Assembly: GCA_964610045.1 (NCBI GenBank)
Contig: CAZSUN010000002.1
Span: 40,925-104,924, forward strand
Length of the DNA: 64,000 nt
Reading direction: 5' to 3'
Origin: an uncultured Sphaerobacteraceae bacterium
GTDB taxonomy: Bacteria > Chloroflexota > Chloroflexia > Thermomicrobiales > UBA6265
A program made the translations under genes and the position numbers. The notes below the pieces were generated by a model. It ran no database searches. It was not told the origin of the DNA and saw only the letters and a list, made by a program, of their open reading frames with translations. This document shows, one piece after another, positions 38,051 through 46,498 of this stretch; position 1 is the stretch's first letter, and the number at the start of each line of letters is the position of its first letter.

Positions 38051-39430
38051 ATGGCATCGGCGACAACGGCAGAAACGATCAACTCGCGCTATCAATCCGA
38101 GTTCGCCGGCTCGGCTGCCATGCACCAGCGCGCCCGCAATGCCATCGTGGGTGGCATTACACACGATGGCCGGTACATCAGGCCGTTCCCGCCGTACATC
38201 ACGCACGCCGATGGCGCCTACAAATGGGACGTGGATGGTCACCGGCTGATCGACTACGCGATCGGACACGGCTCGCTCATTCTCGGTCACAACGACCCCG
38301 ATATCACCGAAGCCATGCGGGACCAGGTGTCGCGCGGCACCCATTTCTCCGCCGGGCACGCGGGTGAGATCGAATGGGCGGAAAAGGTGATCGACCTCGT
38401 ACCGTCGGCGGAGCGGGTCCGGTTCACCGCTTCGGGAACGGAATCGACATTGCTGGCGATGCGCATCGCCCGCGGTTTCACCGAGCGCAATACGATCCTC
38501 AAATTCGAAGGCCACTTCCACGGCTGGCAGGATTACGCGCTCAAGGGTGAAAAGCCCCCGTTCGAATCAACCACCGTGTCAGGAATCCCGAACGAGACGC
38601 TGGGTACGGTCGCCGTGATTCCGCAAAACGACCCGGCCATGCTCGAGGAGCGGCTCGTGCAGGGGGATGTCGCGGCGGTGATCCTCGAACCAAGCGGGGC
38701 ATCCTGGGCGACGATCCCACTCAAGGACGACTTCCTCAAGTCGATTCGTGAAATCACCCGGAAGCACGGTGTCCTCCTGATCTTCGATGAGGTCATCACC
38801 GGCTTCCGCTGGGCGCCGGGCGGCGCCCAGCAACGGTTCGGCGTCACGCCAGACCTGACGACGATGGCGAAGATCATTGCCGGCGGTATGCCGGGCGGCG
38901 CAGTTGCCGGCCGGGCCGATGTGATGGATATCGTGGCGTTCCGAGACGATGTGACCTGGAACAAGACACGCCGCGTGCCACAAGCGGGCACCTACAACGC
39001 CAACCCGCTGGCAGCCGCCGCGGGTGTGACCGCACTCAGCAAGTGTGCTGATCCCACCGTCCAGGCGTATTGCGACGACCTGGCGGCGAACGTGCGGAAG
39101 GAACTGAACCAGGTCAGCACCTCACTCGATGTGCCCGTGTTCACATGGGGCGAGAGTTCGGTCTTCCACGTCGCCCTTGGCCAACCGGCGACGAACCTGA
39201 CCGCCGGCGACCTGCACACGCCGGAGGGAGTGTCACCCGAGTTCCTCAAGAACAGCGGCGGCGACAAACTCGGGATGGCGTTCGAAATCGGGATGTTGCT
39301 GGAAGGCGTCCATGTATTCCACTCCGGCGGCCTGCTCAGCACCCGTCACACCGATGCCGACGTGGAGTTCACGGTCGCCGCAGCGGAACGGGTATTGACG
39401 GCACTGAAGTCCGAGGGTGCGTTCGCGTAG
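38051..39430 (+). CDS. class III (GSA-aminomutase-like) PLP-dependent aminotransferase, paralogue of HemL
   Basis: GSA-AT-like blocks (ASGTESTLLAMRIARGFT, LIFDEVITGFRWAPGG, TMAKIIAGGMPGGA with candidate PLP lysine). The N-terminus lacks the [10 protein letters not shown] signature. Substrate unknown. Confidence 0.7.
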   Translation: MASATTAETINSRYQSEFAGSAAMHQRARNAIVGGITHDGRYIRPFPPYITHADGAYKWDVDGHRLIDYAIGHGSLILGHNDPDITEAMRDQVSRGTHFSAGHAGEIEWAEKVIDLVPSAERVRFTASGTESTLLAMRIARGFTERNTILKFEGHFHGWQDYALKGEKPPFESTTVSGIPNETLGTVAVIPQNDPAMLEERLVQGDVAAVILEPSGASWATIPLKDDFLKSIREITRKHGVLLIFDEVITGFRWAPGGAQQRFGVTPDLTTMAKIIAGGMPGGAVAGRADVMDIVAFRDDVTWNKTRRVPQAGTYNANPLAAAAGVTALSKCADPTVQAYCDDLAANVRKELNQVSTSLDVPVFTWGESSVFHVALGQPATNLTAGDLHTPEGVSPEFLKNSGGDKLGMAFEIGMLLEGVHVFHSGGLLSTRHTDADVEFTVAAAERVLTALKSEGAFA

Positions 39431-39446
39431 GAGCGACCCAGACTGG

Positions 39447-39492
39447 CGTAGGGGAAGCCACGCGGCGCTTCGCGACTTGGTCTTCCCCTACG
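39447..39492. terminator. inverted repeat between convergent genes (candidate bidirectional terminator)
   Basis: Perfect 11-bp arms CGTAGGGGAAG / CTTCCCCTACG enclosing an inner CGCG...CGCG pairing. Overlaps the stop of the minus-strand gene at 39488. Confidence 0.45.
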
Positions 39493-40126
39493 GATCGTCG
39501 GTGCGGGAAACTGCTCCTTCACGCCAGCGTTGCTGGAGGAGTTGCCACGCCTCCTCCGTGTCCACATCCATTGGCACAGTGCCCGAGGTGGCCGGTACCA
39601 GCACGAGTTCCTGGTGGTGTCGCTTGATGACCTCCCTGCCGCCCTGGTCGCCATGTATGAGCGATAGTTCATCGAAGTACTCGTGCCCGAACAGGACCGG
39701 ATGACCGCGCTCATCGCCGTACCTGGCCATTGCCAGTCCGGCCCTATCCCTGCGGCGGGCAGACACCACCCGATCGATGACGACCGGGTCGATGCCTGGC
39801 TGGTCTCCCAGGAGCACGATTATGGCATCGGCATGTGCCCGCACCGCACCGAGTCCGCAAACGAGCGAGGATGCCTGCCCGGACTGGAAATCCGGATTCT
39901 CCACGATGTCCACGGGCAGGCCAGTCAGGGCAGCCTTGACGCCTTCGGACTCCGCGCCCACGACAACGACGACATGGTCCACCGTGGAACGGAGCGCACG
40001 GGCGGCAACATGAGCAACGAGCGCCTGGCCATCCAGTTCGAGCAGCTGCTTGGACCGACCCAGCCGGCTCGACGTGCCAGCGGCAAGGATCAGGGCGTAA
40101 ATGGAACCGGGCTTTGGATCACTCAC
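39488..40126 (-). CDS. MobA/MocA-like nucleotidyltransferase (molybdenum cofactor cytidylyl/guanylyl-transferase family)
   Basis: IYALILAAGTSSRLGRSKQLLELDGQALV N-terminal NTP-transferase motif. The proposed GTG start at 40126 overlaps the xdhC stop by 8 nt. Confidence 0.7.
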   Translation of the reverse strand: MSDPKPGSIYALILAAGTSSRLGRSKQLLELDGQALVAHVAARALRSTVDHVVVVVGAESEGVKAALTGLPVDIVENPDFQSGQASSLVCGLGAVRAHADAIIVLLGDQPGIDPVVIDRVVSARRRDRAGLAMARYGDERGHPVLFGHEYFDELSLIHGDQGGREVIKRHHQELVLVPATSGTVPMDVDTEEAWQLLQQRWREGAVSRTDDP

Positions 40127-40895
40127 CGGCGCGAATGCGGCCAGTGCCCGATCGAAGCGAACCACCGCTCCGGCCGTTCCGCTCGGCGATGATCTCGCCA
40201 AGAATGCTGATCGCCATCTCTTCCGGCGAACGTCCGCCGATATCCAACCCAATCGGCGCGTGGATGCGCTCCAGTTGGTCCTGGCTGACTCCGGCTTCGG
40301 TCAACCGCTGGCGTCGCTCCGCACTCGTCTTTCGCGATCCGATCGCCCCGATGTAGCCCGCGTTGGAGGCGAGGGCGGCGGTGATGGCAGGTTCGTCGAA
40401 TTTCGGGTCGTGGGTGAGGATCACGATGGCCGACGTGCGATCGACCGGTAACTGGGCGATCGCGTCGTCCGGCCACGCGACGAGCAGGCGATCGACCTCC
40501 GGGAAGCGATCGCGATTGGCGAGGGTTTCCCGGGCATCGGCGACAACGGTGCGAAAACCGAGCGGTTGGGCGAAGGTCAGCAGCACCTGCGCCACATGCA
40601 CCGCACCGATCAGCACGAGGAGTGGGCGAGGTTGCAGGACGTCAATGAATGCGTCGACGTTGTCGCCCAGTGGCGCCAGTCCGGACTTGCCATCGAGCAA
40701 CCGATCGCGAGCGATTGCTGTCGCGGTGGAGTCGAGACCGCCATCGCCGAGCGAGCCATCGACGGAATGCTCCGTGACGAGCAGCTTTTCACCGATATCT
40801 TCGCCGCGCACCACCGTGACAACCGCTGCGGCCGTCCCGGATTCAGCCAATTCGCGCGCCCGTCGCAGGAAATCCGAGGTGTTCTCGAAGGACAT
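40119..40895 (-). CDS. XdhC/CoxI family Mo-enzyme maturation protein (full length)
   Basis: N-terminal XdhC_CoxI-like region (AAAVVTVVRGEDIGEKLLV) plus a Rossmann-like C-terminal domain (LLVLIGAVHVAQVLLTFAQPLGFRTVVAD). Confidence 0.75.
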   Translation of the reverse strand: MSFENTSDFLRRARELAESGTAAAVVTVVRGEDIGEKLLVTEHSVDGSLGDGGLDSTATAIARDRLLDGKSGLAPLGDNVDAFIDVLQPRPLLVLIGAVHVAQVLLTFAQPLGFRTVVADARETLANRDRFPEVDRLLVAWPDDAIAQLPVDRTSAIVILTHDPKFDEPAITAALASNAGYIGAIGSRKTSAERRQRLTEAGVSQDQLERIHAPIGLDIGGRSPEEMAISILGEIIAERNGRSGGSLRSGTGRIRAGE

Positions 40896-40898
40896 GTC

Positions 40899-41216
40899 CT
40901 ACTCCGCCGGCTCGACGAACACATCGATGGTGCCGCCGCAGGCCAGACCGACATCCCAGGCCATCTCGTCGGTGATGCCGTAGCGGACCAGTTTCGGCGT
41001 TCCGGTTCTCAGGACTTCCCCGGCTTCCTCGGCGACAGCCGACTCCACACAGCCGCCGCTCACCGAACCGGCGAGTTCACCCGCGTCACTCACGGCCATC
41101 CGGGCGCCGACGGGCCTCGGGGCAGATCCGATGGCATTGACCACCGTGGCGATCGCAACGCGCTTGCCCTCGTCCCGCCACCGATCGATCTCCGGCAACC
41201 ATTCGCTCATGGCCAA
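40899..41216 (-). CDS. XdhC/CoxI N-terminal-domain-only protein
   Basis: 105 aa. KRVAIATVVNAIGSAPRPVGARMAV...GSVSGGCVE matches the N-terminal XdhC_CoxI domain only. Confidence 0.65.
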   Translation of the reverse strand: MAMSEWLPEIDRWRDEGKRVAIATVVNAIGSAPRPVGARMAVSDAGELAGSVSGGCVESAVAEEAGEVLRTGTPKLVRYGITDEMAWDVGLACGGTIDVFVEPAE

Positions 41217-41222
41217 ATCCTT

Positions 41223-42545
41223 TCATTGCCTGTGTGGGGCAGGCGCAATCCGCGCCGCCTGGGCGGACACCTGTCGACGCACGGGCGCCGTATCTTCGAC
41301 CGCCCCAAGCAGGCGAGCCAGCGCTTCCAGGCTCTTGAGGTTGTGGATGGGCAGGAAGTGGTCGACATACGGCAAGGACGCACGAATGCCTTGCGTCAAC
41401 GGCTGGTACCCCGGCGCTCCGAGCAAGGGATTAAGCCAGATCACGCGGCGGCAGGATCGCTGCAGCCGGGCCATCTCGGAACCAAGCAACTGGGGATCAC
41501 CACGATCCCATCCATCGCTGATCACGACCACGGTCGCGCTGGAGCGCAGCACGCGGCGGCTCCATTTGTAGTTGAACGTCTTGATCGACTCACCGATCCG
41601 GGTGCCTCCGGACCAATCGTCGACCGACGCAACTACATCGGCGATCGCCTGATCGACATTTTTCTTTCGCAGCTCCCGGGTAATGCGTGTGAGCCGCGTC
41701 CCGAACACGAACACCTCCACGGCGTCAAGCCCGTGTTCGAGGGCATGGACGAAGCGGAGCAGCAGCCTGGAATATCGATCCATCGAGCCTGAAATATCGC
41801 AGATGAGCACGAGTGGCCGCATCCGCTCCTTCCGCTCCCGCCATCGGAGCTCGAGTGGCACACCACCCTGCTTCATGGCGGCCCTCAAGGTCGCCCGGTA
41901 GTCGATATACTCGCCGTTGACTGCACGCTGGAGGCGACGGGTCTGGCGAGTGCCGAGACGCCAGTTCATGCTCTCGATCATGCGGCGAGCTTCGGCCAGT
42001 TCATCTGGCGAGAACTGGGCGAAGTCCTTCTTGCGCAGCGCCTCACTGGCACTGAAGATCAGCACGTCCTCAGGCGGCGCCTCGTATTCCTCGGTCTCGC
42101 CGATGTCCTGGACGTCGTCCGTCCCCTCAATGGCGAGGACCATCTTGTCGGGGTCAGCACCGCGCGCACCCTGTCCGGACTCGCTGTCCTTCTTCCTGCT
42201 GGACGAATCCGGCGTTCCGATCGTTTCCTCGTCTCCGTGGATCGCTTCCGTGAACATCGGTGCTTCCTGGTTGACGAGGTCGTGCCAGAAGCGCCTGAAC
42301 TCGGCGTCGAACAACGGGATTTGCTCGGGACGGCTGACGAGGGTTGCCTTTGCCGCTGAATAGACATCATCACGCCGGGTGACACCAACCGCGTTGACCG
42401 CTTCGACCAGGGCGAGGACGTTGCCGGATCCAACCGGCATACCGGCGGATCGGAGTCTCCTGCCAAACCGAAGCAGGTTGCCGGAAACACGGCGTGAGCG
42501 CACCCGCGAAGCGTCGAGTGAGCCCTGCCCGTTCTCGACCATCAT
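41223..42545 (-). CDS. VWA-domain protein, CoxE-like
   Basis: 440 aa. CoxE-like N-terminus (LLRFGRRLRSAGMPVG...) and a C-terminal VWA with MIDAS-like LVLICDISGSM. Its start overlaps the stop of the AAA+ gene. Confidence 0.7.
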   Translation of the reverse strand: MMVENGQGSLDASRVRSRRVSGNLLRFGRRLRSAGMPVGSGNVLALVEAVNAVGVTRRDDVYSAAKATLVSRPEQIPLFDAEFRRFWHDLVNQEAPMFTEAIHGDEETIGTPDSSSRKKDSESGQGARGADPDKMVLAIEGTDDVQDIGETEEYEAPPEDVLIFSASEALRKKDFAQFSPDELAEARRMIESMNWRLGTRQTRRLQRAVNGEYIDYRATLRAAMKQGGVPLELRWRERKERMRPLVLICDISGSMDRYSRLLLRFVHALEHGLDAVEVFVFGTRLTRITRELRKKNVDQAIADVVASVDDWSGGTRIGESIKTFNYKWSRRVLRSSATVVVISDGWDRGDPQLLGSEMARLQRSCRRVIWLNPLLGAPGYQPLTQGIRASLPYVDHFLPIHNLKSLEALARLLGAVEDTAPVRRQVSAQAARIAPAPHRQ

Positions 42546-43498
42546 GCGGTGCGCCCAGCCCCGCTGGCATTGACTGCCCGCGATGTGAGCCGCTTCGCTA
42601 TGTCGCCGCTCACCTTGTCCACATCTTCCTGGTACTTGAGGATGACGCCCAGGGTGTCCTGCACAACTTCATCCGTGAGTTCGGTCGACCCCAGCGCGAG
42701 GAGAGCGCCGGCCCAGTCGAGGGTCTCCGCCATTCCGGGGGACTTGAACAGGTCGACCTCACGCAACCCCTGGGTGAAGGTGCAGATCTGGGTGGCAAGG
42801 GCTTCCGATGCTTCGGGCACCTTGACACTGAGGATCCGGTACTCCTTCCTGTAGTCCGGGAAGTCGATCCAGTAGTACAGGCAACGGCGCTTCAGGGCGT
42901 CGTGAATCTCCCGCGTCCGGTTGGACGTCAGGATCACGATCGGGCGATGCTCGGCACGGATGGTGCCCAGTTCCGGCACGGTGACCTGGAAATCCGAGAG
43001 CAACTCGAGCAGGAAGGCTTCGAGTTCCTGGTCAGCCCGGTCGACTTCATCGATCAGCAGGACCGGCGCCTGGGTGTGAGCGGCGTCGATCGCCTGCAGC
43101 AGTGGCCGCTTGAGCAGGAATTCCTCACCGAAGAGGTTGCGCCGCACTTCATCCTGATCGAGACCGCTTGTCGCCTCGAGTGACCGCAGATACAGCATCT
43201 GGCGTGGATAGTCCCACTCGTAGATGGCGGAACTGGCGTCGAGCCCCTCGTAGCACTGGAGTCGAATCAGGGGAGCGCCGAGTGTGGCCGAGAGTACCTT
43301 GGCAATCTCGGTCTTGCCGACACCAGCTTCACCTTCAAGCAGGAGCGGCTTCTGAAGTTTGAGGGTGAGGAAGAGGGTGGTGGCCAGTCCGCGATCAGCG
43401 ATGTACTTCTCTTCGCGCAGGGCGGATTCGAGGGCATCGACCGACAGGAATTCGGCAGGCGACGAAACGGGATCGGCCAGGGTCGTCAAGTCTGTCAA
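42542..43498 (-). CDS. MoxR-class AAA+ ATPase, CoxD-like
   Basis: Walker A LLLEGEAGVGKTEIAKVL and Walker B VLLIDEVDRA. 318 aa. Paired with the VWA gene. Confidence 0.8.
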   Translation of the reverse strand: MTDLTTLADPVSSPAEFLSVDALESALREEKYIADRGLATTLFLTLKLQKPLLLEGEAGVGKTEIAKVLSATLGAPLIRLQCYEGLDASSAIYEWDYPRQMLYLRSLEATSGLDQDEVRRNLFGEEFLLKRPLLQAIDAAHTQAPVLLIDEVDRADQELEAFLLELLSDFQVTVPELGTIRAEHRPIVILTSNRTREIHDALKRRCLYYWIDFPDYRKEYRILSVKVPEASEALATQICTFTQGLREVDLFKSPGMAETLDWAGALLALGSTELTDEVVQDTLGVILKYQEDVDKVSGDIAKRLTSRAVNASGAGRTA

Positions 43499-43589
43499 AC
43501 GGGAACCTCACTCGCATGAAGGATGGTGGGAATTGGCGACAGGAGCATCCACGATCGCCGCTGAAACCATTATCCCCGACGGTCGTACG

Positions 43590-43615
43590 AGTGGCCACCT
43601 CCCTGACCGGCCACT
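43590..43615 (-). terminator. hairpin downstream of tsaB
   Basis: 7-bp arms AGTGGCC / GGCCACT with a 12-nt loop, about 25 nt after the tsaB stop. No U-tract. Confidence 0.3.
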
Positions 43616-43639
43616 CGACCAGTGCCGGGATGATGGCAG

Positions 43640-44326
43640 CTATCTCGGGTTGGGCCGTCCATGCAGGTAGATTGGCTGCAAGTCATCGGCGGCGTCGACC
43701 TCACCACGCTGCCAGCGGCTGAACCCGATAGTCGCCAGAGAAGCGGCGCGACTGGTCACGGTCGCAGACGGCGCCAGCCGAACTCCCCGCTCGGTCAGTT
43801 GCCGGGTCTCTGCGACGTCGAACTCGCCGGCAACGATGGCGCGCCGGCCGACCGCGGCTTCTATGAACTCGGCGAATGTCGTATTGACCGCGTCGTCGAG
43901 GATCCCGTCCGTCGTAACAGCCCAGACCACGCGACCCCGCCCGGCCGGGATGGCAACCAGGACATCGAGACCCAAACCGAGGAACGGCGTGGCCATCGCT
44001 TGCAGGGTTGGGACGCCGATGAGCGCACGTTCCGGTACCAGGGCCAGGCCCTTGGCAAGGCTGAGTCCCACCCGGAGACCTGTAAAGGATCCAGGACCGA
44101 TCGTCACGGCGATCGCACCAAGGTCATCGAGGGCTATACCGGTCTTCGCGAGCAGGATATTCACCGCCTCGGGAACCGAAGTCGTCTGTTGCCGTCCCCC
44201 CGGCCAGGACATCGTCGCCACACGTCCGCCATCGGTGAGTGCGACACCTGCCTGAGGCGTCGCCGTGTCGATCGCGAGCAGCCACGCCCGGTCCTTGATC
44301 GCGGGCTGATCTGGCGGCGCTGCCAT
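43640..44326 (-). CDS. tsaB: tRNA t6A37 biosynthesis protein TsaB
   Basis: LLAIDTATPQAGVAL N-terminus, GPGSFTGLRVGL motif, 228 aa. Confidence 0.85.
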   Translation of the reverse strand: MAAPPDQPAIKDRAWLLAIDTATPQAGVALTDGGRVATMSWPGGRQQTTSVPEAVNILLAKTGIALDDLGAIAVTIGPGSFTGLRVGLSLAKGLALVPERALIGVPTLQAMATPFLGLGLDVLVAIPAGRGRVVWAVTTDGILDDAVNTTFAEFIEAAVGRRAIVAGEFDVAETRQLTERGVRLAPSATVTSRAASLATIGFSRWQRGEVDAADDLQPIYLHGRPNPR

Positions 44327-44592
44327 TTAACATTCTCCAATCGAGGTGTTAGTATTTTGCCAACCATTCAGGTGGATAGGGCCGTCACGCTTTACGTCGA
44401 AACGGTCACCGGAGGGAGCGTGCGCGACTACCGCGCACAGTCTACATGCCTCCAACCGCCTCAATGCGCCGCTATCGATGGACACAGACCCTGGGCTGAG
44501 GGCACTCAATGGCGAGTTCGAGTGGCACCCTGGAAACGTCAACCTACAAGGGTTTGCACGTTGAAACGGTCAAGCGATCGTGGCGCGACCGG

Positions 44593-45477
44593 ATGGCATC
44601 AAAAGAGTGGGTGCTCTTCCTGCTCTTCGTGGCGCCCAACCTGCTCTTCCTGGTGCTATTCACCTACTGGCCGCTTTGGGAGAACATCCGGCTCAGCCTG
44701 CAAAAGACTGACCTCCTGGCCTTCACCGGGAAGAACCAGTTCGTCGGCCTCGACAACTACCGCTACATTTTCGAGAACCGTGTCTTCCAGCAGGTGCTGC
44801 GCAATACGGTGATCTTCATCGTGGCGTGCGTTGGCCTCACCATGGCGTTCGGGCTGATGGTCGCCCTGCTCCTCAACCAGAAACTGCGGGGACGCACCTT
44901 CGCGCGGGCGGTCGTATTCGCGCCAACCCTGCTCTCGGGCGCCGCGATCGGCATCGTCTGGGCCTACATCTTCGATCCGCGGTTCGGTCTCCTGGCGCAG
45001 ATCCTCGACTGGTTCTGGATTCCGTCACCGCCATGGTTGAATCGTCCCGAATGGGCACTGCCTGCCGTCATCATCGTGTACGTCTGGAAGAATCTCGGAT
45101 TCGCCGCCGTCATTTTCCTGGCCGGCTTGCAGGGCATCCCGCAGGATCTCTACGACGCCGCCAAAATCGACGGAGCGAACGCGTGGTGGCGTTTCAAGTC
45201 CGTCACCCTCCCCATGCTCTCGCCAATCTCGTTCTTCCTGTTTATCACCTCGATCCTCGCAACCTTCCAGGCGTTCGACATCATCCAGGTGATGACCCAG
45301 GGAGGCCCTGCCTACGGCAGCACGACCCTCGTCTATTACGTCTATGATCAGAGCTTCGGCCAGGGTGCCAACTTCGGCCGGGCAGCCGCCTCCGCCATTG
45401 TGCTGTTCCTTGCGATGCTGGTCGTCACCATCGTCCAGCTCCGGTTTACCGAGAAGAAGGTGCACTACGATGGATAG
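44593..45477 (+). CDS. carbohydrate ABC transporter permease (MalF/UgpA-type)
   Basis: Six-TM layout and EAA-type loop AAKIDGANAWWRFKSVTLPML. Start taken at the ATG at 44593. An ATG at 44509 is an alternative. Confidence 0.8.
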   Translation: MASKEWVLFLLFVAPNLLFLVLFTYWPLWENIRLSLQKTDLLAFTGKNQFVGLDNYRYIFENRVFQQVLRNTVIFIVACVGLTMAFGLMVALLLNQKLRGRTFARAVVFAPTLLSGAAIGIVWAYIFDPRFGLLAQILDWFWIPSPPWLNRPEWALPAVIIVYVWKNLGFAAVIFLAGLQGIPQDLYDAAKIDGANAWWRFKSVTLPMLSPISFFLFITSILATFQAFDIIQVMTQGGPAYGSTTLVYYVYDQSFGQGANFGRAAASAIVLFLAMLVVTIVQLRFTEKKVHYDG

Positions 45478-46342
45478 CGCCTCGCTCTCACGGCAGAACC
45501 AGACCGGCAGAATCGCCGGCTACATCGGACTCGTGCTGGTGGTGGTGATCATCGGCCTGCCGATGTTCTGGATGTTGTCCAGTTCACTGAAAACCCTCAA
45601 CGAGATCTACACCTTCCCACCGGAGTGGATTCCGAGGAACCCTCGCTGGGAGAACTACCGCGATGCGTGGAACGCCGTGCCATTCGGCCGGTTCTACCTC
45701 AATTCCATCATCATCACGGTGGCCGGCGCGAGCCTGCAAATCATCAACGGAACTCTGTGCGCCTATGCGTTCGCGTTCCTCAAGTTCCCAGGCAAGAACT
45801 GGCTGTTCCTCCTCGTGCTCGCCGCCCTCATGGTACCGGGGGAAGTCGTGATCCTGCCGAACTTCCTGTTCTTCGGCAACACTGTGCGGGATTGGTTCGG
45901 CCTCGAAAAGAACTGGATCAACACCTACCAGGCCATCGTATTGCCGGGTGCGGCGACCGCCTTCGGCACCTTCCTGATGCGCCAGGGGTTCATGGGTCTG
46001 CCCAGGGACGTCCTCGACGCGGCCAAGGTCGACGGCGCGGGACACCTGCGCACGATGTTCGGCATCGTTCTGCCAATGGCCAAACCAATCGTGATCACGT
46101 TCGCCATGATTTCGGTTGTGAACAAGTGGAACGATTACCTCTGGCCGCTGGTGATTACCCGGACGGTGGAAATGAAGCCGATTACGGTCGGCGTCCGGTT
46201 CCTGTTCGACAGCGAGGGTAACAACAACTGGGGCGTGATCATGGCTGGCACGACGTTCGTCGTCCTCCCGCTCCTGATCGTGTACGTCTTCGCCCAGCGA
46301 TTTATCATCGACGGCCTGACGGCCGGTGCAACGAAAGGCTAG
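45470..46342 (+). CDS. carbohydrate ABC transporter permease (MalG/UgpE-type)
   Basis: EAA-type loop AAKVDGAGHLRTMFGIVLPMAKP. The ATG at 45470 overlaps the upstream stop by 8 nt. Confidence 0.8.
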   Translation: MDSASLSRQNQTGRIAGYIGLVLVVVIIGLPMFWMLSSSLKTLNEIYTFPPEWIPRNPRWENYRDAWNAVPFGRFYLNSIIITVAGASLQIINGTLCAYAFAFLKFPGKNWLFLLVLAALMVPGEVVILPNFLFFGNTVRDWFGLEKNWINTYQAIVLPGAATAFGTFLMRQGFMGLPRDVLDAAKVDGAGHLRTMFGIVLPMAKPIVITFAMISVVNKWNDYLWPLVITRTVEMKPITVGVRFLFDSEGNNNWGVIMAGTTFVVLPLLIVYVFAQRFIIDGLTAGATKG

Positions 46343-46498
46343 GGCCGTCAATCGTGCTGGCCAACTCGCTGGCACAGTCCAATCCAGGCGCTCAGGGCCC
46401 GCCATTCGCGGGCAGATCCAGGGTGCGATCCCATCGGGGACCAACGGGCGATCAGGTCGATCGCCTGGTAGCACAACGGTCGAGGAGGATCGAAGTCC

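Noticed and set aside
40566-41792. 408-aa + strand ORF across the xdhC/coxE region.
   Set aside because: It is an antisense shadow with Arg/Gly/His-rich composition. The minus-strand genes have clear XdhC and VWA features.
41223-43498. MoxR AAA+ / VWA pair as a stand-alone novel or defence-type system.
   Set aside because: The pair is fused by overlapping junctions to XdhC-type and MocA-like genes, and a CoxL-like gene is present in the window. The CoxD/CoxE Mo-enzyme maturation role explains it adequately.
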